Part shown: positions 19,077 to 29,347 of the stretch, in pieces
Layout: every line of letters starts with the position of its first letter
Position numbering within the stretch: the stretch's first letter is position 1
From: Selenomonas sp.
Lineage (GTDB): Bacteria > Bacillota > Negativicutes > Selenomonadales > Selenomonadaceae
Assembly (NCBI RefSeq): GCF_015265235.1
Contig: NZ_JABZYJ010000001.1
Direction: 5' to 3' (one strand)
DNA length: 63,068 nt
Made by a program: the position numbers and the translations under genes
The notes under the pieces: generated by a model
The model's input: only the letters and a program-made list of their open reading frames with translations
The model's database searches: none
What the model was told of the DNA's origin: nothing

Positions 19077-20111
19077 ATGAAGGTCAGTATCATCGGAGCG
19101 TCTGGCTATGCGGGGGAAGAACTTATCCGACTTCTTCACGGTCACCCGCATGCCGAGATTGTACATCTGACATCGGAGCGCCATACGGGCGAGAAAATAT
19201 CGAAACTTTATCCACACTTAACGCATATTTATGACAATATACTGGATTCGATGGAGGATGTCCGCCGTATCGCAGAGGACAGTGATGTTCTCTTTATCGC
19301 ACTTCCGCATGGACATGCAATGAAGCTGGTCAAGGCGATTGCTGGTCTGCCGGTGCATATCATCGATCTCGGGGCAGACTATCGCTTTGCCGACACATCG
19401 GTCTATGAGACATGGTATCATGTCCCACACACGGATCCGGAGGCAGAGCGAGTCTACGGACTGGCCGAGCTGTACCGTGATGCAATCCGAGGGGCGCACC
19501 TCATTGGCAATGCAGGCTGTTATACGACGGCAAGCATCCTCGCGCTGACACCGCTCGTGCAGAAGCATCTCGTACAGATGGATTCAATTCTCATCGATGC
19601 GGTTTCCGGTGTTTCCGGCGCAGGGCGTACACCGAAGGAGAGCACGCATTTCCCGGAGTTCTATGACAGCTTCACGGCGTATGGCGCAGTTAGTCATCGA
19701 CACACCCCGGAAATCGAGCAAGCGCTCTCCGAGCAGGCAGGTGAGCCGGTTACGATTAACTTTACGCCGCATCTTGCCCCGATTGCACGCGGTATCCTTG
19801 CCACGTGCTATGCACGCCTTGCGGACGGCGTAACGGAAGAGGATGTCGACGCGGCGTTTGCGGCTCGGTATGCAGATGAGTTTTTCATCCGTCTGCTTGG
19901 GCGTGGCGCGTATCCATCAACGAAGTATGTGCGTGGAACAAATTACTGCGATATCGCATGGCATATTGATCCGCGTACACATCGTGTTATTGTTTTTTCC
20001 GCGATTGACAATCTCGTCAAGGGAGCGGCAGGGCAGGCGATTCAGAACATGAACATCGCGCTTGGCTTGGATGAACGCACAGGACTCGACCTCGTGCCGA
20101 TGTATCCATAA
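19077..20111 (+). CDS. argC: N-acetyl-gamma-glutamyl-phosphate reductase
   Basis: GASGYAG, NAGCYTT, SGVSGAGR, HRHTPEI, DNLVKGAAGQAIQN. Confidence 0.98.
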   Translation: MKVSIIGASGYAGEELIRLLHGHPHAEIVHLTSERHTGEKISKLYPHLTHIYDNILDSMEDVRRIAEDSDVLFIALPHGHAMKLVKAIAGLPVHIIDLGADYRFADTSVYETWYHVPHTDPEAERVYGLAELYRDAIRGAHLIGNAGCYTTASILALTPLVQKHLVQMDSILIDAVSGVSGAGRTPKESTHFPEFYDSFTAYGAVSHRHTPEIEQALSEQAGEPVTINFTPHLAPIARGILATCYARLADGVTEEDVDAAFAARYADEFFIRLLGRGAYPSTKYVRGTNYCDIAWHIDPRTHRVIVFSAIDNLVKGAAGQAIQNMNIALGLDERTGLDLVPMYP

Positions 20112-20132
20112 ATGGGAATGGAGGATATTGAT

Positions 20133-21344
20133 ATGTTCAGTGAGCAGAATGCAAAAGCCGGGGTGGCATTCCCGCAGGGATTCAAGGCAGCAGGGGTAAA
20201 GGCGGGCATCAAGAAGAGCGGCAATCTCGATGTTGCTGTGATCTATACGGAGCGGGAGGCGGCTGTTGCGGGCGTATTTACGCAGAATGCCGTTGCCGCT
20301 GCACCGGTCTTCGCCTCGAAGAAGGTCGTTGCTACGGGGACAGCGCATGCGATTGCAGCAAATGCTGGCTGTGCGAATGCCTGCACCGGAGCACAAGGGG
20401 AAAAGGATGCGCGCGCGATGCAGGAGATTACGGCGGCAGCACTCGGCTGCACGCCGGAGGACGTTCTCGTCGCCTCAACGGGTGTGATTGGCGTAAATCT
20501 TCCGATGGACAAGATGGAGGCGGGACTGAAAGCCGCAGTTGCTGCACTTTCAGCAGACGGCAGTGCCAACGCAGGCAACGCCATTATCACGACGGATACC
20601 TACTCCAAGTCGTGTGCCACGGAGGTGACACTCGGCGGCAAGCAGGTACGGTTTGGTGCAATCGCAAAGGGATCGGGGATGATTCAGCCGAATATGGCGA
20701 CGATGCTCGCCTTTATCACAACCGATGCAGCGATTGACGGCAAGCTTCTCCAAAAGGCACTCTCTGAGGTCGTTGAAATTTCGTTCAACATGATTTCGAT
20801 TGATGGCGATATGAGCACGAACGATATGGCCGTTGTGCTTGCCAACGGCGCGGCAGGAAATGCGAAAATCACGGCAGAGGGCGCGGACTACGAGGCGTTC
20901 AAGGCAACGCTTGCAGAGATCTGCAAAGGTCTTTCACAGCGCATCGCCTCCGACGGTGAAGGTGCAACGAAGTTCCTGACGGTTCATGTGACGGGGACGA
21001 AGAGCTTTGCCGATGCCAAGACAATTGCAATGAGCGTGGCAAAGAGTCCGCTTGTCAAGACGGCGTTCTTCGGTGAGGATCCGAATTGGGGACGCGTGAT
21101 CTGTGCAGTCGGCTATGCAGGTGTTCCGATGAATCCCGAGACAACCGTTGTGAAGTTCGGAGGAATTCCTGTCTACGCGCACGGTGTCGGTGCCGACTAC
21201 GATGAGGCGGCGCTCAAGAAGGTCATGGGCGAACATGATATTGTGATTGACATCGACATGGGCATGGGCACACAGGAAGCAACCGTCTGGACCTGTGATT
21301 TCTCCTATGAGTACGTCAAGATCAATGGCGAGTATCATACCTGA
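20133..21344 (+). CDS. argJ: Bifunctional ornithine acetyltransferase/N-acetylglutamate synthase
   Basis: ANACTG, STGVIG, KGSGMIQPNMATML, DGEGATK, WTCDFSYEYVKIN; ATG 20133 after GGAGG. Confidence 0.97.
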   Translation: MFSEQNAKAGVAFPQGFKAAGVKAGIKKSGNLDVAVIYTEREAAVAGVFTQNAVAAAPVFASKKVVATGTAHAIAANAGCANACTGAQGEKDARAMQEITAAALGCTPEDVLVASTGVIGVNLPMDKMEAGLKAAVAALSADGSANAGNAIITTDTYSKSCATEVTLGGKQVRFGAIAKGSGMIQPNMATMLAFITTDAAIDGKLLQKALSEVVEISFNMISIDGDMSTNDMAVVLANGAAGNAKITAEGADYEAFKATLAEICKGLSQRIASDGEGATKFLTVHVTGTKSFADAKTIAMSVAKSPLVKTAFFGEDPNWGRVICAVGYAGVPMNPETTVVKFGGIPVYAHGVGADYDEAALKKVMGEHDIVIDIDMGMGTQEATVWTCDFSYEYVKINGEYHT

Positions 21345-21354
21345 GGTGAGGGCT

Positions 21355-22239
21355 ATGTACAGCGATAAGGACAAGGCGGAGATCTTGGTTGATGCCCTCC
21401 CGTACATCCAGGAGTTCTCGGGCACGACGGTCGTCATAAAGTACGGCGGCAACGCGATGGTGAGCGATGTGCTGAAGGAAAACGTCATGCGCGACGTGGC
21501 ACTGATGAAGTATGTCGGCATCCGTCCCGTCATCGTTCATGGCGGTGGACCGGAGATCACGGGCTTTTTGAAAAAGGTCGGCAAGGAGTCCTCTTTCGTC
21601 GCCGGGCTCCGCGTGACAGATGAGGAGACCGTTGAGATTGCCGAGATGGTACTCGACGGCAAGATCAACTCGGAGATTGTCAATCTCCTGAACCAGCGCG
21701 GTGTTCGTGCCGTCGGCCTCTCGGGCAAGGATGCAGGGCTGATCCGCGCGCGCAAGAAGATGGCGACCGTATACGAGAACGATGCAGCGCATGAGGTGGA
21801 CATTGGCTACGTGGGCGCAGTGGAAAATATCGACGTCTCTGTGATCGAGGATCTGTTGGACCACGACTATGTGCCGGTTATTGCGCCCATCGGCGTGGGA
21901 GCGGATGGCGAGAGTTACAACATCAACGCCGACTACGTTGCGGCGGAGATCGCAGGGGCACTTGCGGCGGAGAAGCTGCTTCTCCTGACGGACATAGAAG
22001 GCATCTATAAAGATTTTAACGACAAGAGTTCGTTTCTCTCGACCATCCATCTGCAGGAGGCACGCGATTACATCCGCGACGGAATCATCTCGGGCGGGAT
22101 GATCCCCAAGGTAGAGGCGTGTCTGACGGCACTGGAGTGTGGCGCGGCAAAGACGCACATCATCGATGGACGCTTGCCGCATGCCATCATTCTCGAGATT
22201 TTTACGTCGACCGGTGTCGGTACACAGGTTGTACGGTAA
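21355..22239 (+). CDS. argB: Acetylglutamate kinase
   Basis: VIKYGGNAM, VHGGGP, GLRVTD, NINAD, GGMIPKV; ATG 21355 after GAGGTGAGG. Confidence 0.97.
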   Translation: MYSDKDKAEILVDALPYIQEFSGTTVVIKYGGNAMVSDVLKENVMRDVALMKYVGIRPVIVHGGGPEITGFLKKVGKESSFVAGLRVTDEETVEIAEMVLDGKINSEIVNLLNQRGVRAVGLSGKDAGLIRARKKMATVYENDAAHEVDIGYVGAVENIDVSVIEDLLDHDYVPVIAPIGVGADGESYNINADYVAAEIAGALAAEKLLLLTDIEGIYKDFNDKSSFLSTIHLQEARDYIRDGIISGGMIPKVEACLTALECGAAKTHIIDGRLPHAIILEIFTSTGVGTQVVR

Positions 22240-22256
22240 GCAGTATAGGAGTGTAT

Positions 22257-23462
22257 ATGAGCGAAACGGAGCAGCAAATATTCGAGACGTATGCGAAGGA
22301 TTATCTTCCCGTATTCAACCGCTATAAAATCGTACTCGATCATGGTGATGGTGTCTATGTTTGGGATATTGCGGGAAGAAAGTATCTCGACTTTCTTGGC
22401 GGCATTGCCGTCAATGTCCTCGGTCATAATTATCCGTCGCTCGTCGCGGCAATCGCATCGCAGGCAGCAAAGATTATTCATGCCTCGAACCTCTACTACA
22501 CGAAGCCGCAGGCGGACGCAGCGGAAAAACTTGCAGCACTTAGCGGGCTCGGCAAAGTATTCTTCTGCAACTCGGGAGCAGAGGCAAATGAGGGGGCGAT
22601 AAAGATTGCACGTAAGTACGCCTGCCGAATCCATCCCGAGAAATCGCAGATCCTCACGGCGTGGGATAGCTTTCACGGGCGTACGCTTGCGACACTGACC
22701 GCAACGGGGCAGCCGAAGTATCACGAGGGACTTGGCCCGCTGCCGGCAGGCTTTGACTATATCCGCTACAATGATATTGCGGATCTCGAGGCGAAGATCA
22801 GCGATCAGACGGCAGCGGTCATGCTCGAGACGATTCAGGGGGAGGGTGGCGTCTATCCGCCGGAGGACAACTATTTGAAAAAGGTTCGTGCCCTCTGCGA
22901 CCAGCATGGTGCGCTCCTCATCCTCGATGAGATTCAGGCGGGAATCGGGCGAGCGGGGACGTTCTTCGCCTATGAGAAATACGGCGTAAAACCCGATATT
23001 GTGACGCTCGCGAAAGGTCTTGCCGGCGGTGTGCCGATCGGTGCCTTTGCTGTCACGAATGAAGTCGCAGCTGCGTTCCATGCAGGTGATCACGGCACGA
23101 CATTTGGCGGCAACCCCCTTGCCTGTGCAGCTGCGAACGTCGTCCTCGATACGGTTCCCCAAAAGGAGTTCTTGGCACGCGTCGAGGTGCTCGGCGCATA
23201 CTTCAAGCAGAAACTCGTAGAGCTGCAGAAGAAGTATCCGGCATTCATCGTCGACGTGCGCGGCACGGGGCTGATGCTCGGCGCGGAACTCGCGTCGGAT
23301 GCACATGGGCGTGATATTGTGAATATGTGTCTTGAAAAGGGCGTCATCATCAATTGTACGGTGGGTAAGGTGCTGCGCTTCCTGCCGCCGCTCATCATCA
23401 CCGAGCCGCAGATCGACGAGGTTGTCAGTGTCCTTGATGATGTGATCTCGCGCTATGCGTGA
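22257..23462 (+). CDS. argD: Acetylornithine aminotransferase
   Basis: NSGAEANE, SFHGRT, DEIQ.G.GR.G, AKGLAGG, HGTTFGGNP; arg operon context. Confidence 0.96.
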   Translation: MSETEQQIFETYAKDYLPVFNRYKIVLDHGDGVYVWDIAGRKYLDFLGGIAVNVLGHNYPSLVAAIASQAAKIIHASNLYYTKPQADAAEKLAALSGLGKVFFCNSGAEANEGAIKIARKYACRIHPEKSQILTAWDSFHGRTLATLTATGQPKYHEGLGPLPAGFDYIRYNDIADLEAKISDQTAAVMLETIQGEGGVYPPEDNYLKKVRALCDQHGALLILDEIQAGIGRAGTFFAYEKYGVKPDIVTLAKGLAGGVPIGAFAVTNEVAAAFHAGDHGTTFGGNPLACAAANVVLDTVPQKEFLARVEVLGAYFKQKLVELQKKYPAFIVDVRGTGLMLGAELASDAHGRDIVNMCLEKGVIINCTVGKVLRFLPPLIITEPQIDEVVSVLDDVISRYA

Positions 23463-23523
23463 TGTGCTGTTTTCTTTGCGGCAATGCTGCAATACGATAT
23501 AATGCACCAATGGGAGGGGTTAT

Positions 23524-24459
23524 ATGCTGAAAGGGAAGGACTTATTGTCCATTCATGAACTCAGCCGAGATGAGGTCGAGGAGATTCTATCCCTCGCGCA
23601 GGAGCTTAAGGAAAAGCAGAAGACGGGGATACCGCACCGCCTTCTGGAGGGCAAGTCGCTCGGTATGATCTTTGAGAAGTCCTCAACGCGGACGCGTGTG
23701 TCCTTCGAGGTCGGGATGTATCAGCTTGGCGGCCAGGCACTGTTCCTCAGCAGCCGCGATCTGCAGCTCGGGCGCGGTGAGCCGATCAAGGATACGGCGC
23801 GCGTGCTCTCACGCTACCTTGACGGGATTATGATCCGCACGTATGGACATGAGCGCATCGAGGAGCTTGCGGAGTGGGCGGATGTGCCCGTGATCAACGC
23901 GCTCAGTGACCTCCTGCATCCGTGCCAGGCGCTCACCGATCTCCTCACGATCCGTGAGTATAAGGGCAAGAATCTCACGGGGCTGAAGATGGCATACGTC
24001 GGCGACGGCAATAATATGACGCACTCGCTCATGTATGCGGCGGCAAAGGTCGGCATGAACTTCGCGGCGGCGACCCCAGAGGGATATGAACCAAATGCCG
24101 AAGTTGTGGCAAATGCCAAGGCCGATGCGGCAGAGACGGGCGCGACCGTCTCGATCACGCACAATCCGATGGAAGCGGCTGCGGGCGCAGACGTCATCGT
24201 TACGGACACGTGGGCGAGCATGGGGCAGGAGGCGGAGCACGACGCACGCACGGCGGTCTTCCGGCCCTATCAGGTGAATTGGGAGCTCGTTGCCGAGTCA
24301 GGCAATGCACGCTGCATCGTCATGCACTGTCTGCCCGCCTATCGGGGCGAGGAGATCGCAGAGGATGTCTTTGAGGAATTTGCCGATGTAATCTTTGACG
24401 AGGCGGAGAACCGTCTCCATGTTCAGAAGGCGATCATGGCGCTCACCATGGGAAATTAA
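23524..24459 (+). CDS. argF: Ornithine carbamoyltransferase
   Basis: STRTR, HPCQ, DTWASMG, HCLP, AENRLH. Confidence 0.97.
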   Translation: MLKGKDLLSIHELSRDEVEEILSLAQELKEKQKTGIPHRLLEGKSLGMIFEKSSTRTRVSFEVGMYQLGGQALFLSSRDLQLGRGEPIKDTARVLSRYLDGIMIRTYGHERIEELAEWADVPVINALSDLLHPCQALTDLLTIREYKGKNLTGLKMAYVGDGNNMTHSLMYAAAKVGMNFAAATPEGYEPNAEVVANAKADAAETGATVSITHNPMEAAAGADVIVTDTWASMGQEAEHDARTAVFRPYQVNWELVAESGNARCIVMHCLPAYRGEEIAEDVFEEFADVIFDEAENRLHVQKAIMALTMGN

Positions 24460-24473
24460 GGAGTTGTTTTATT

Positions 24474-25685
24474 ATGGCTAAACAGATCAAAAAAGTCGTT
24501 CTTGCCTATTCCGGCGGACTGGATACGTCGGTGATCATTCCTTGGCTGAAAGAGCACTACGATGGCTGTGAGGTTATCGCTGCCTGTGCTGATGTTGGAC
24601 AGGGCGATGAGCTGAGTGTCGTTCACGACAAAGCACTCGCCTCCGGTGCATCGAAGGTGTTCATCGTCGATCTTACGAAGGAGTTCCTTGAGGAGTATGT
24701 CTGGCCGACACTGAAGGCAGGTGCGGTCTACGAGGGCAAGTATCTGCTCGGCACCTCATTTGCCCGCCCTGTGATTGCCAAGGCGCTCGTTGACATCGCA
24801 AAGCGTGAGGGGGCGGATGCCATTGCTCATGGCGCGACAGGCAAGGGGAACGATCAGGTGCGCTTTGAGCTGACGGTCAAGGCGCTTGCTCCCAATCTCC
24901 AGATCATCGCACCGTGGCGTGAATGGGATCTTGACTCGCGCACGGCAGAGATCGCCTATGCGAAGAAACACGGCATCCCTGTCGCGACGGAGAATAAAAC
25001 GTACAGCATGGACCGCAACATCTGGCATCTCTCGCATGAGGGCTCAGACCTCGAGGATCCTGCGAACGAGCCGAAGAACTCCATGTTCCTCATCTCCTGT
25101 GCACCTGAGGATGCACCGGATGCGCCGGAGTATGTCTCCATTTCCTTTGAGAAAGGGATCCCCGTTGCTGTCAACGGTGAGAAGATGGGGGCAGTCGAAT
25201 TGCTGACGAAACTCAATGAGGTCGGTGCACGTAATGGTGTCGGCATTGTCGATATCTGCGAGAACCGCCTCGTTGGCATGAAGTCGCGCGGTGTCTATGA
25301 GAACCCGGGCGGATCGATTCTCTACTATGCGCATCGTGAGCTGGAATACCTTTGCCTCGACCGCTCTACTTTCCACTACAAGGAGGGACTTGCCATCCGT
25401 TATGGCGAGCTGGTCTATGACGGCATGTGGTTCTGTCAGCTGCGCGAGGCACTCGCCGCCTTCGTGGACAGCACGCAGGAGACCGTGACGGGTGAGGTGC
25501 GCCTGAAGCTCTACAAGGGCAACATCATCTCTGCCGGTGCGAAGTCTCCGTATTCCCTCTACAGTCAGGAGTTCGTTACCTTCGAACATGATGATGTTTA
25601 CGATCAGGCAGATGCAACGGGCTTCATCAACCTCTTCGGCCTGCCGCTCAAGGTGCGCGCGCTCATGCAGGAGGGGCAGAAATAA
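24474..25685 (+). CDS. argG: Argininosuccinate synthase
   Basis: [35 protein letters not shown]. Confidence 0.98.
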   Translation: MAKQIKKVVLAYSGGLDTSVIIPWLKEHYDGCEVIAACADVGQGDELSVVHDKALASGASKVFIVDLTKEFLEEYVWPTLKAGAVYEGKYLLGTSFARPVIAKALVDIAKREGADAIAHGATGKGNDQVRFELTVKALAPNLQIIAPWREWDLDSRTAEIAYAKKHGIPVATENKTYSMDRNIWHLSHEGSDLEDPANEPKNSMFLISCAPEDAPDAPEYVSISFEKGIPVAVNGEKMGAVELLTKLNEVGARNGVGIVDICENRLVGMKSRGVYENPGGSILYYAHRELEYLCLDRSTFHYKEGLAIRYGELVYDGMWFCQLREALAAFVDSTQETVTGEVRLKLYKGNIISAGAKSPYSLYSQEFVTFEHDDVYDQADATGFINLFGLPLKVRALMQEGQK

Positions 25686-27112
25686 TGAGCGAAAAGCTCT
25701 GGGGCGGCCGCTTCTCCAAGACGACCGATGAGATGATCAATGAGTTTCAGGCATCCATCGGATTTGACCGCCGTATGTATCGCGAGGATATTGTGGGATC
25801 TCTTGCTCATGCTGCCATGCTCGCCAAGGTCGGCATCCTCTCAGAGGAGGATTGTGCGGCAATCGAGAAGGGACTGAAGGACATCCTTGCTCAGATCGAG
25901 CACGGGGATTTTGATTTCAGTGTGGCACTTGAAGATATTCACATGAATATCGAAAAGCGTCTCACGGACGCAATCGGCGATGCGGGCAGCCGCCTGCACA
26001 CGGCACGCAGCCGCAACGATCAGGTGGCACTCGATACGCATCTCTTTGTACGCCATGCCGTTGTGGACGTGATGGCACACATTCGCGCGCTGCAGCAGGC
26101 CCTCACAGAGTCTGCCGCACAGCATCGGGATGTGATTATGCCGGGCTATACGCATCTCCAGCGAGCGCAGCCCATCCTCTTTTCCCACCATCTCATGGCG
26201 TATTTCGGAATGCTCGCACGCGACTTTGAGCGGTTTCAGGGCGTCTATGCGCGTACGGATATCATGCCGCTCGGTGCCGGAGCACTTGCGGGGACGACCC
26301 TGCCGATCGATCGACAGTTCGTGGCACAGCGGCTGCACTTCGAGCGCATCTACACGAATAGTCTGGATGCTGTCAGCGACCGTGACTATATCCTCGAGTT
26401 CCTCTCTGCCGCATCAATTCTCATGGTGCATCTTTCGCGCCTCTCAGAGGAGATCATTCTCTGGTGCTCACGAGAGTTCTCGTTTGTCGAGTTGGACGAC
26501 GCGCACTGTACGGGCTCATCGATGATGCCGCAGAAGAAAAATCCTGATGTCTCCGAGCTTGTGCGTGGAAAGACCGGCCGCGTTGTCGGACATCTCATGG
26601 CGATGCTCATGGCGGTCAAGGGGCTTCCTCTTGCCTATAACAAGGACTTGCAGGAGGATAAGGAGGGGCTGTTTGACACCATCGACACGGTGAAATTCAG
26701 CCTTGCAGTATATGCACAGTTGATACGGGGAATGAAACTGCGTGAGGACGTCATGCGTCATGCGGTTGAAGCGGATTACTCGAATGCCACGGATCTCGCG
26801 GACTACCTCGTGCGCAAGGGATTGCCGTTCCGTAAGGCACACGCCGTCGCGGGGCAGGCAGTAGCACAGTGCATCGCACGCGGGATCTATCTCGCGGATC
26901 TGCCCATCGCTGACTATCAGCAGCTCTCGCCGCTCTTTGCGGAGGATATCTATGATGCTATTTCTCCTGAGACTTGCGTTTCCTGCCGCAACTCTTACGG
27001 TGGTACATCGTACGAGCAGGCAGAAATGCAGCTTGAGGCTGCGAAAAACCTCATGACGGAGGAGGAGCGTATGATCTCCGTACTGACGGAAAAACAGAAT
27101 ATCTTGTTGTAA
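25685..27112 (+). CDS. argH: Argininosuccinate lyase
   Basis: LWGGRF, ARSRNDQ, PGYTHLQRAQP, GSSMMPQKKNPD. Confidence 0.98.
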   Translation: MSEKLWGGRFSKTTDEMINEFQASIGFDRRMYREDIVGSLAHAAMLAKVGILSEEDCAAIEKGLKDILAQIEHGDFDFSVALEDIHMNIEKRLTDAIGDAGSRLHTARSRNDQVALDTHLFVRHAVVDVMAHIRALQQALTESAAQHRDVIMPGYTHLQRAQPILFSHHLMAYFGMLARDFERFQGVYARTDIMPLGAGALAGTTLPIDRQFVAQRLHFERIYTNSLDAVSDRDYILEFLSAASILMVHLSRLSEEIILWCSREFSFVELDDAHCTGSSMMPQKKNPDVSELVRGKTGRVVGHLMAMLMAVKGLPLAYNKDLQEDKEGLFDTIDTVKFSLAVYAQLIRGMKLREDVMRHAVEADYSNATDLADYLVRKGLPFRKAHAVAGQAVAQCIARGIYLADLPIADYQQLSPLFAEDIYDAISPETCVSCRNSYGGTSYEQAEMQLEAAKNLMTEEERMISVLTEKQNILL

Positions 27113-27121
27113 TTTCAATTC

Positions 27122-27166
27122 TAAGGACTTGCTGATTGGTTTTTATCAGCAAGTCCTTAAATTTTA
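27122..27166 (+). terminator. Terminator of the arg operon
   Basis: Perfect 15-bp inverted repeat TAAGGACTTGCTGAT / ATCAGCAAGTCCTTA with AT-rich tail. Confidence 0.75.
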
Positions 27167-27167
27167 T

Positions 27168-27196
27168 TTGCATTGTCACGGTACAGATGGTACAAT
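27168..27196 (+). promoter_or_regulatory. Putative sigma-A promoter of rnj
   Basis: TTGCAT-17 bp-TACAAT with TG extended -10. Confidence 0.65.
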
Positions 27197-27202
27197 AGCA
27201 CC

Positions 27203-27423
27203 AAGTGACTGGATCGGATTATTTTTTGGCGATTTTCGTATTTGCTGTGCGGACGTATTTTCACGGCAATGACATCGAAAATGGCTCTTTTCCGTATAGC
27301 GACAGGCGTATAGGACGTGTGGTCGCTGTGTTTTCGTGCGGATGAATTCTGATTTCATGATCGAAAGACTGAGAAAAATATAGGAAGGGGATTTTCCCGA
27401 AGGATTTATGGAGGTGTGTTTTT
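27203..27423 (+). ncRNA. Candidate structured cis-regulatory 5' leader of rnj
   Basis: About 220-nt UTR with several nested helices containing G-U pairs (see findings). Confidence 0.45.
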
Positions 27424-29112
27424 TTGTCGTTCAATCGTAATGGCAACCATGGAAAAGGCGGACAAAAGGTACAGGTTATCCCGTTGGGCGGGCTGGGTGA
27501 GATCGGAAAGAATATGACGGCTATCCGCGTGGATGATGAGATCCTCGTGGTGGATTCCGGGCTGATGTTCCCGGAGGAAGATATGCTGGGGATTGATCTC
27601 GTCATTCCCGATATTACTTACCTTATCGAGAATCGTGACATGGTTAAGGCGATCGTACTGACGCATGGGCATGAGGATCATATTGGTGCTCTCCCGTATG
27701 TGATGAAGCAGATCCCATGCCCCGTGTATGGTACACGTCTGACGCTCGGCATACTGGAGGGACGCCTGAAGGAGAATGGGGTGGACTCGACCAATCTGCA
27801 CTCCGTCATGGCAGGGGACATCATCAACATTGGCTGTTTCAGCGTCGGATTTATCCGCGTGAACCACTCCATTCCCGATGCGGTCGGACTCTCCATCAAG
27901 ACGCCCGTGGGGATGATTGTTCATACGGGTGACTTCAAGCTCGACTATACACCGGTGGATGGGCAGATGACGGATTTCCGCCGTTTCTCCGATCTTGGCA
28001 ATAAGGGTGTGCTCCTTCTGCTCGCCGATAGTACAAACGCCGAGCGTGAGGGACATACGGCAAGTGAACGTACGGTGGGAGCCGCGTTTGATAAGGCGTT
28101 CCACAATGTGCGTGGGCGCATTATTGTCGCCACGTTCTCTTCGAATGTGCACCGCATTCAGCAGGTCATTGATACGGCGGTCAAGTACAAGCGGCGCGTT
28201 GCCGTTCTTGGGCGCAGCATGGAGAACGTCGTCGGCATCTCGCTTGAGCTCGGCTATCTGACTGCCCCTGAGGGGACGATCATCGGCATTGATGAGGTCA
28301 ATAACTACCGTCCGGAACAGATCGTCATCGTGACAACGGGCAGTCAGGGTGAGCCGATGTCCGCGCTTTCACGCATGGCTGCATCCGATCATCGTAAAAT
28401 CACGATTGTACCGGGCGATACGGTCATCATCTCGGCAACGCCGATCCCGGGGAACGAGAAGCTGGTCTCCAAGACGGTGGATAATCTGATGAAGCTCGGT
28501 GCAAATGTCATCTATGGGCGCGACAAAGGGATTCATGTTTCAGGGCACGGCAGCCGCGAGGAACTGAAGCTGATGCACAACCTCGTGCGGCCGAAGTTCT
28601 TCATGCCCGTACACGGTGAGTATCATCATCTCGTTCAGCATGCAGGTCTTGCCCGCGAGCTCGGCATGCCGAAGGAAAATATCTTCATCAGTGAGAATGG
28701 GCAGGTACTCGAGTTTACGAAGGAGAAAGGGCAGGTTGTCGGGCGCGTGCAGTCGGGCATGGTCATGGTCGATGGCCTTGGTGTCGGTGATGTCGGCAAC
28801 ATTGTTCTGCGGGATCGTCGCCAGCTTTCACAGGATGGTATCCTCATCGTTGTTGTGGCAATGAACCGTCAGAGCAATCGAGTCGTCTCGGGGCCCGACA
28901 TCGTCTCGCGTGGCTTTGTCTATGTACGCGAGTCGGAAGCCCTGATGGATGAGGCACGAGCTCGTGTTCAGCAGGCGCTCGATCGCTGTGAGGACGAAAA
29001 TGTGCGCGAGTGGTCGGCGATCAAGTCGAATGTACGCGATGCGCTCAGCCGTTATCTCTTTGATAAGACGCGCCGCCGTCCGATGATCCTCCCGATCATT
29101 ATGGATGTTTAA
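27424..29112 (+). CDS. rnj: Ribonuclease J
   Basis: PLGGLGEIGKNM, THGHEDHIG, TGDFK, TGSQGEP, HVSGH, PVHGEY; TTG start after GGAGGT. Confidence 0.98.
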   Translation: MSFNRNGNHGKGGQKVQVIPLGGLGEIGKNMTAIRVDDEILVVDSGLMFPEEDMLGIDLVIPDITYLIENRDMVKAIVLTHGHEDHIGALPYVMKQIPCPVYGTRLTLGILEGRLKENGVDSTNLHSVMAGDIINIGCFSVGFIRVNHSIPDAVGLSIKTPVGMIVHTGDFKLDYTPVDGQMTDFRRFSDLGNKGVLLLLADSTNAEREGHTASERTVGAAFDKAFHNVRGRIIVATFSSNVHRIQQVIDTAVKYKRRVAVLGRSMENVVGISLELGYLTAPEGTIIGIDEVNNYRPEQIVIVTTGSQGEPMSALSRMAASDHRKITIVPGDTVIISATPIPGNEKLVSKTVDNLMKLGANVIYGRDKGIHVSGHGSREELKLMHNLVRPKFFMPVHGEYHHLVQHAGLARELGMPKENIFISENGQVLEFTKEKGQVVGRVQSGMVMVDGLGVGDVGNIVLRDRRQLSQDGILIVVVAMNRQSNRVVSGPDIVSRGFVYVRESEALMDEARARVQQALDRCEDENVREWSAIKSNVRDALSRYLFDKTRRRPMILPIIMDV

Positions 29113-29123
29113 TATCTATATAT

Positions 29124-29180
29124 ATGGGGTTGTTATGCGAAGAAGCGAACTTCGTATAATGGCCCCATTTGTGTATTTTG
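29124..29180 (+). terminator. Terminator-like hairpin after rnj; copy 3 of the palindrome family
   Basis: 19-bp stem ATGGGGTTGTTATGCGAAG / CTTCGTATAATGGCCCCAT with G-U pairs, T-rich tail. Confidence 0.7.
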
Positions 29181-29273
29181 TGCTCCGCATCCATCATATT
29201 CGGGCTGTGGCGAGTATCGTACCACAAAGGCAAAGCAATAGTAATATTTTGATGATATTGCTGTATTGGCGGC

Positions 29274-29302
29274 TTGCAGTTGTTCACAAAATGAGATAGA
29301 AT
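29274..29302 (+). promoter_or_regulatory. Putative sigma-A promoter of the transketolase genes
   Basis: TTGCAG-17 bp-TAGAAT. Confidence 0.5.
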
Positions 29303-29347
29303 AATCATGGTTTATCGTCTTTTTTGATGTGGATGAGGAGGAGTTTT

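Noticed and set aside
29205..29262. c-di-GMP-I riboswitch-like GGCAAA...AATA-GTAA-TATT and nearby small hairpins
   Set aside because: Lacks the downstream GACGCAAAG and P3 elements and lies upstream of the predicted transketolase promoter
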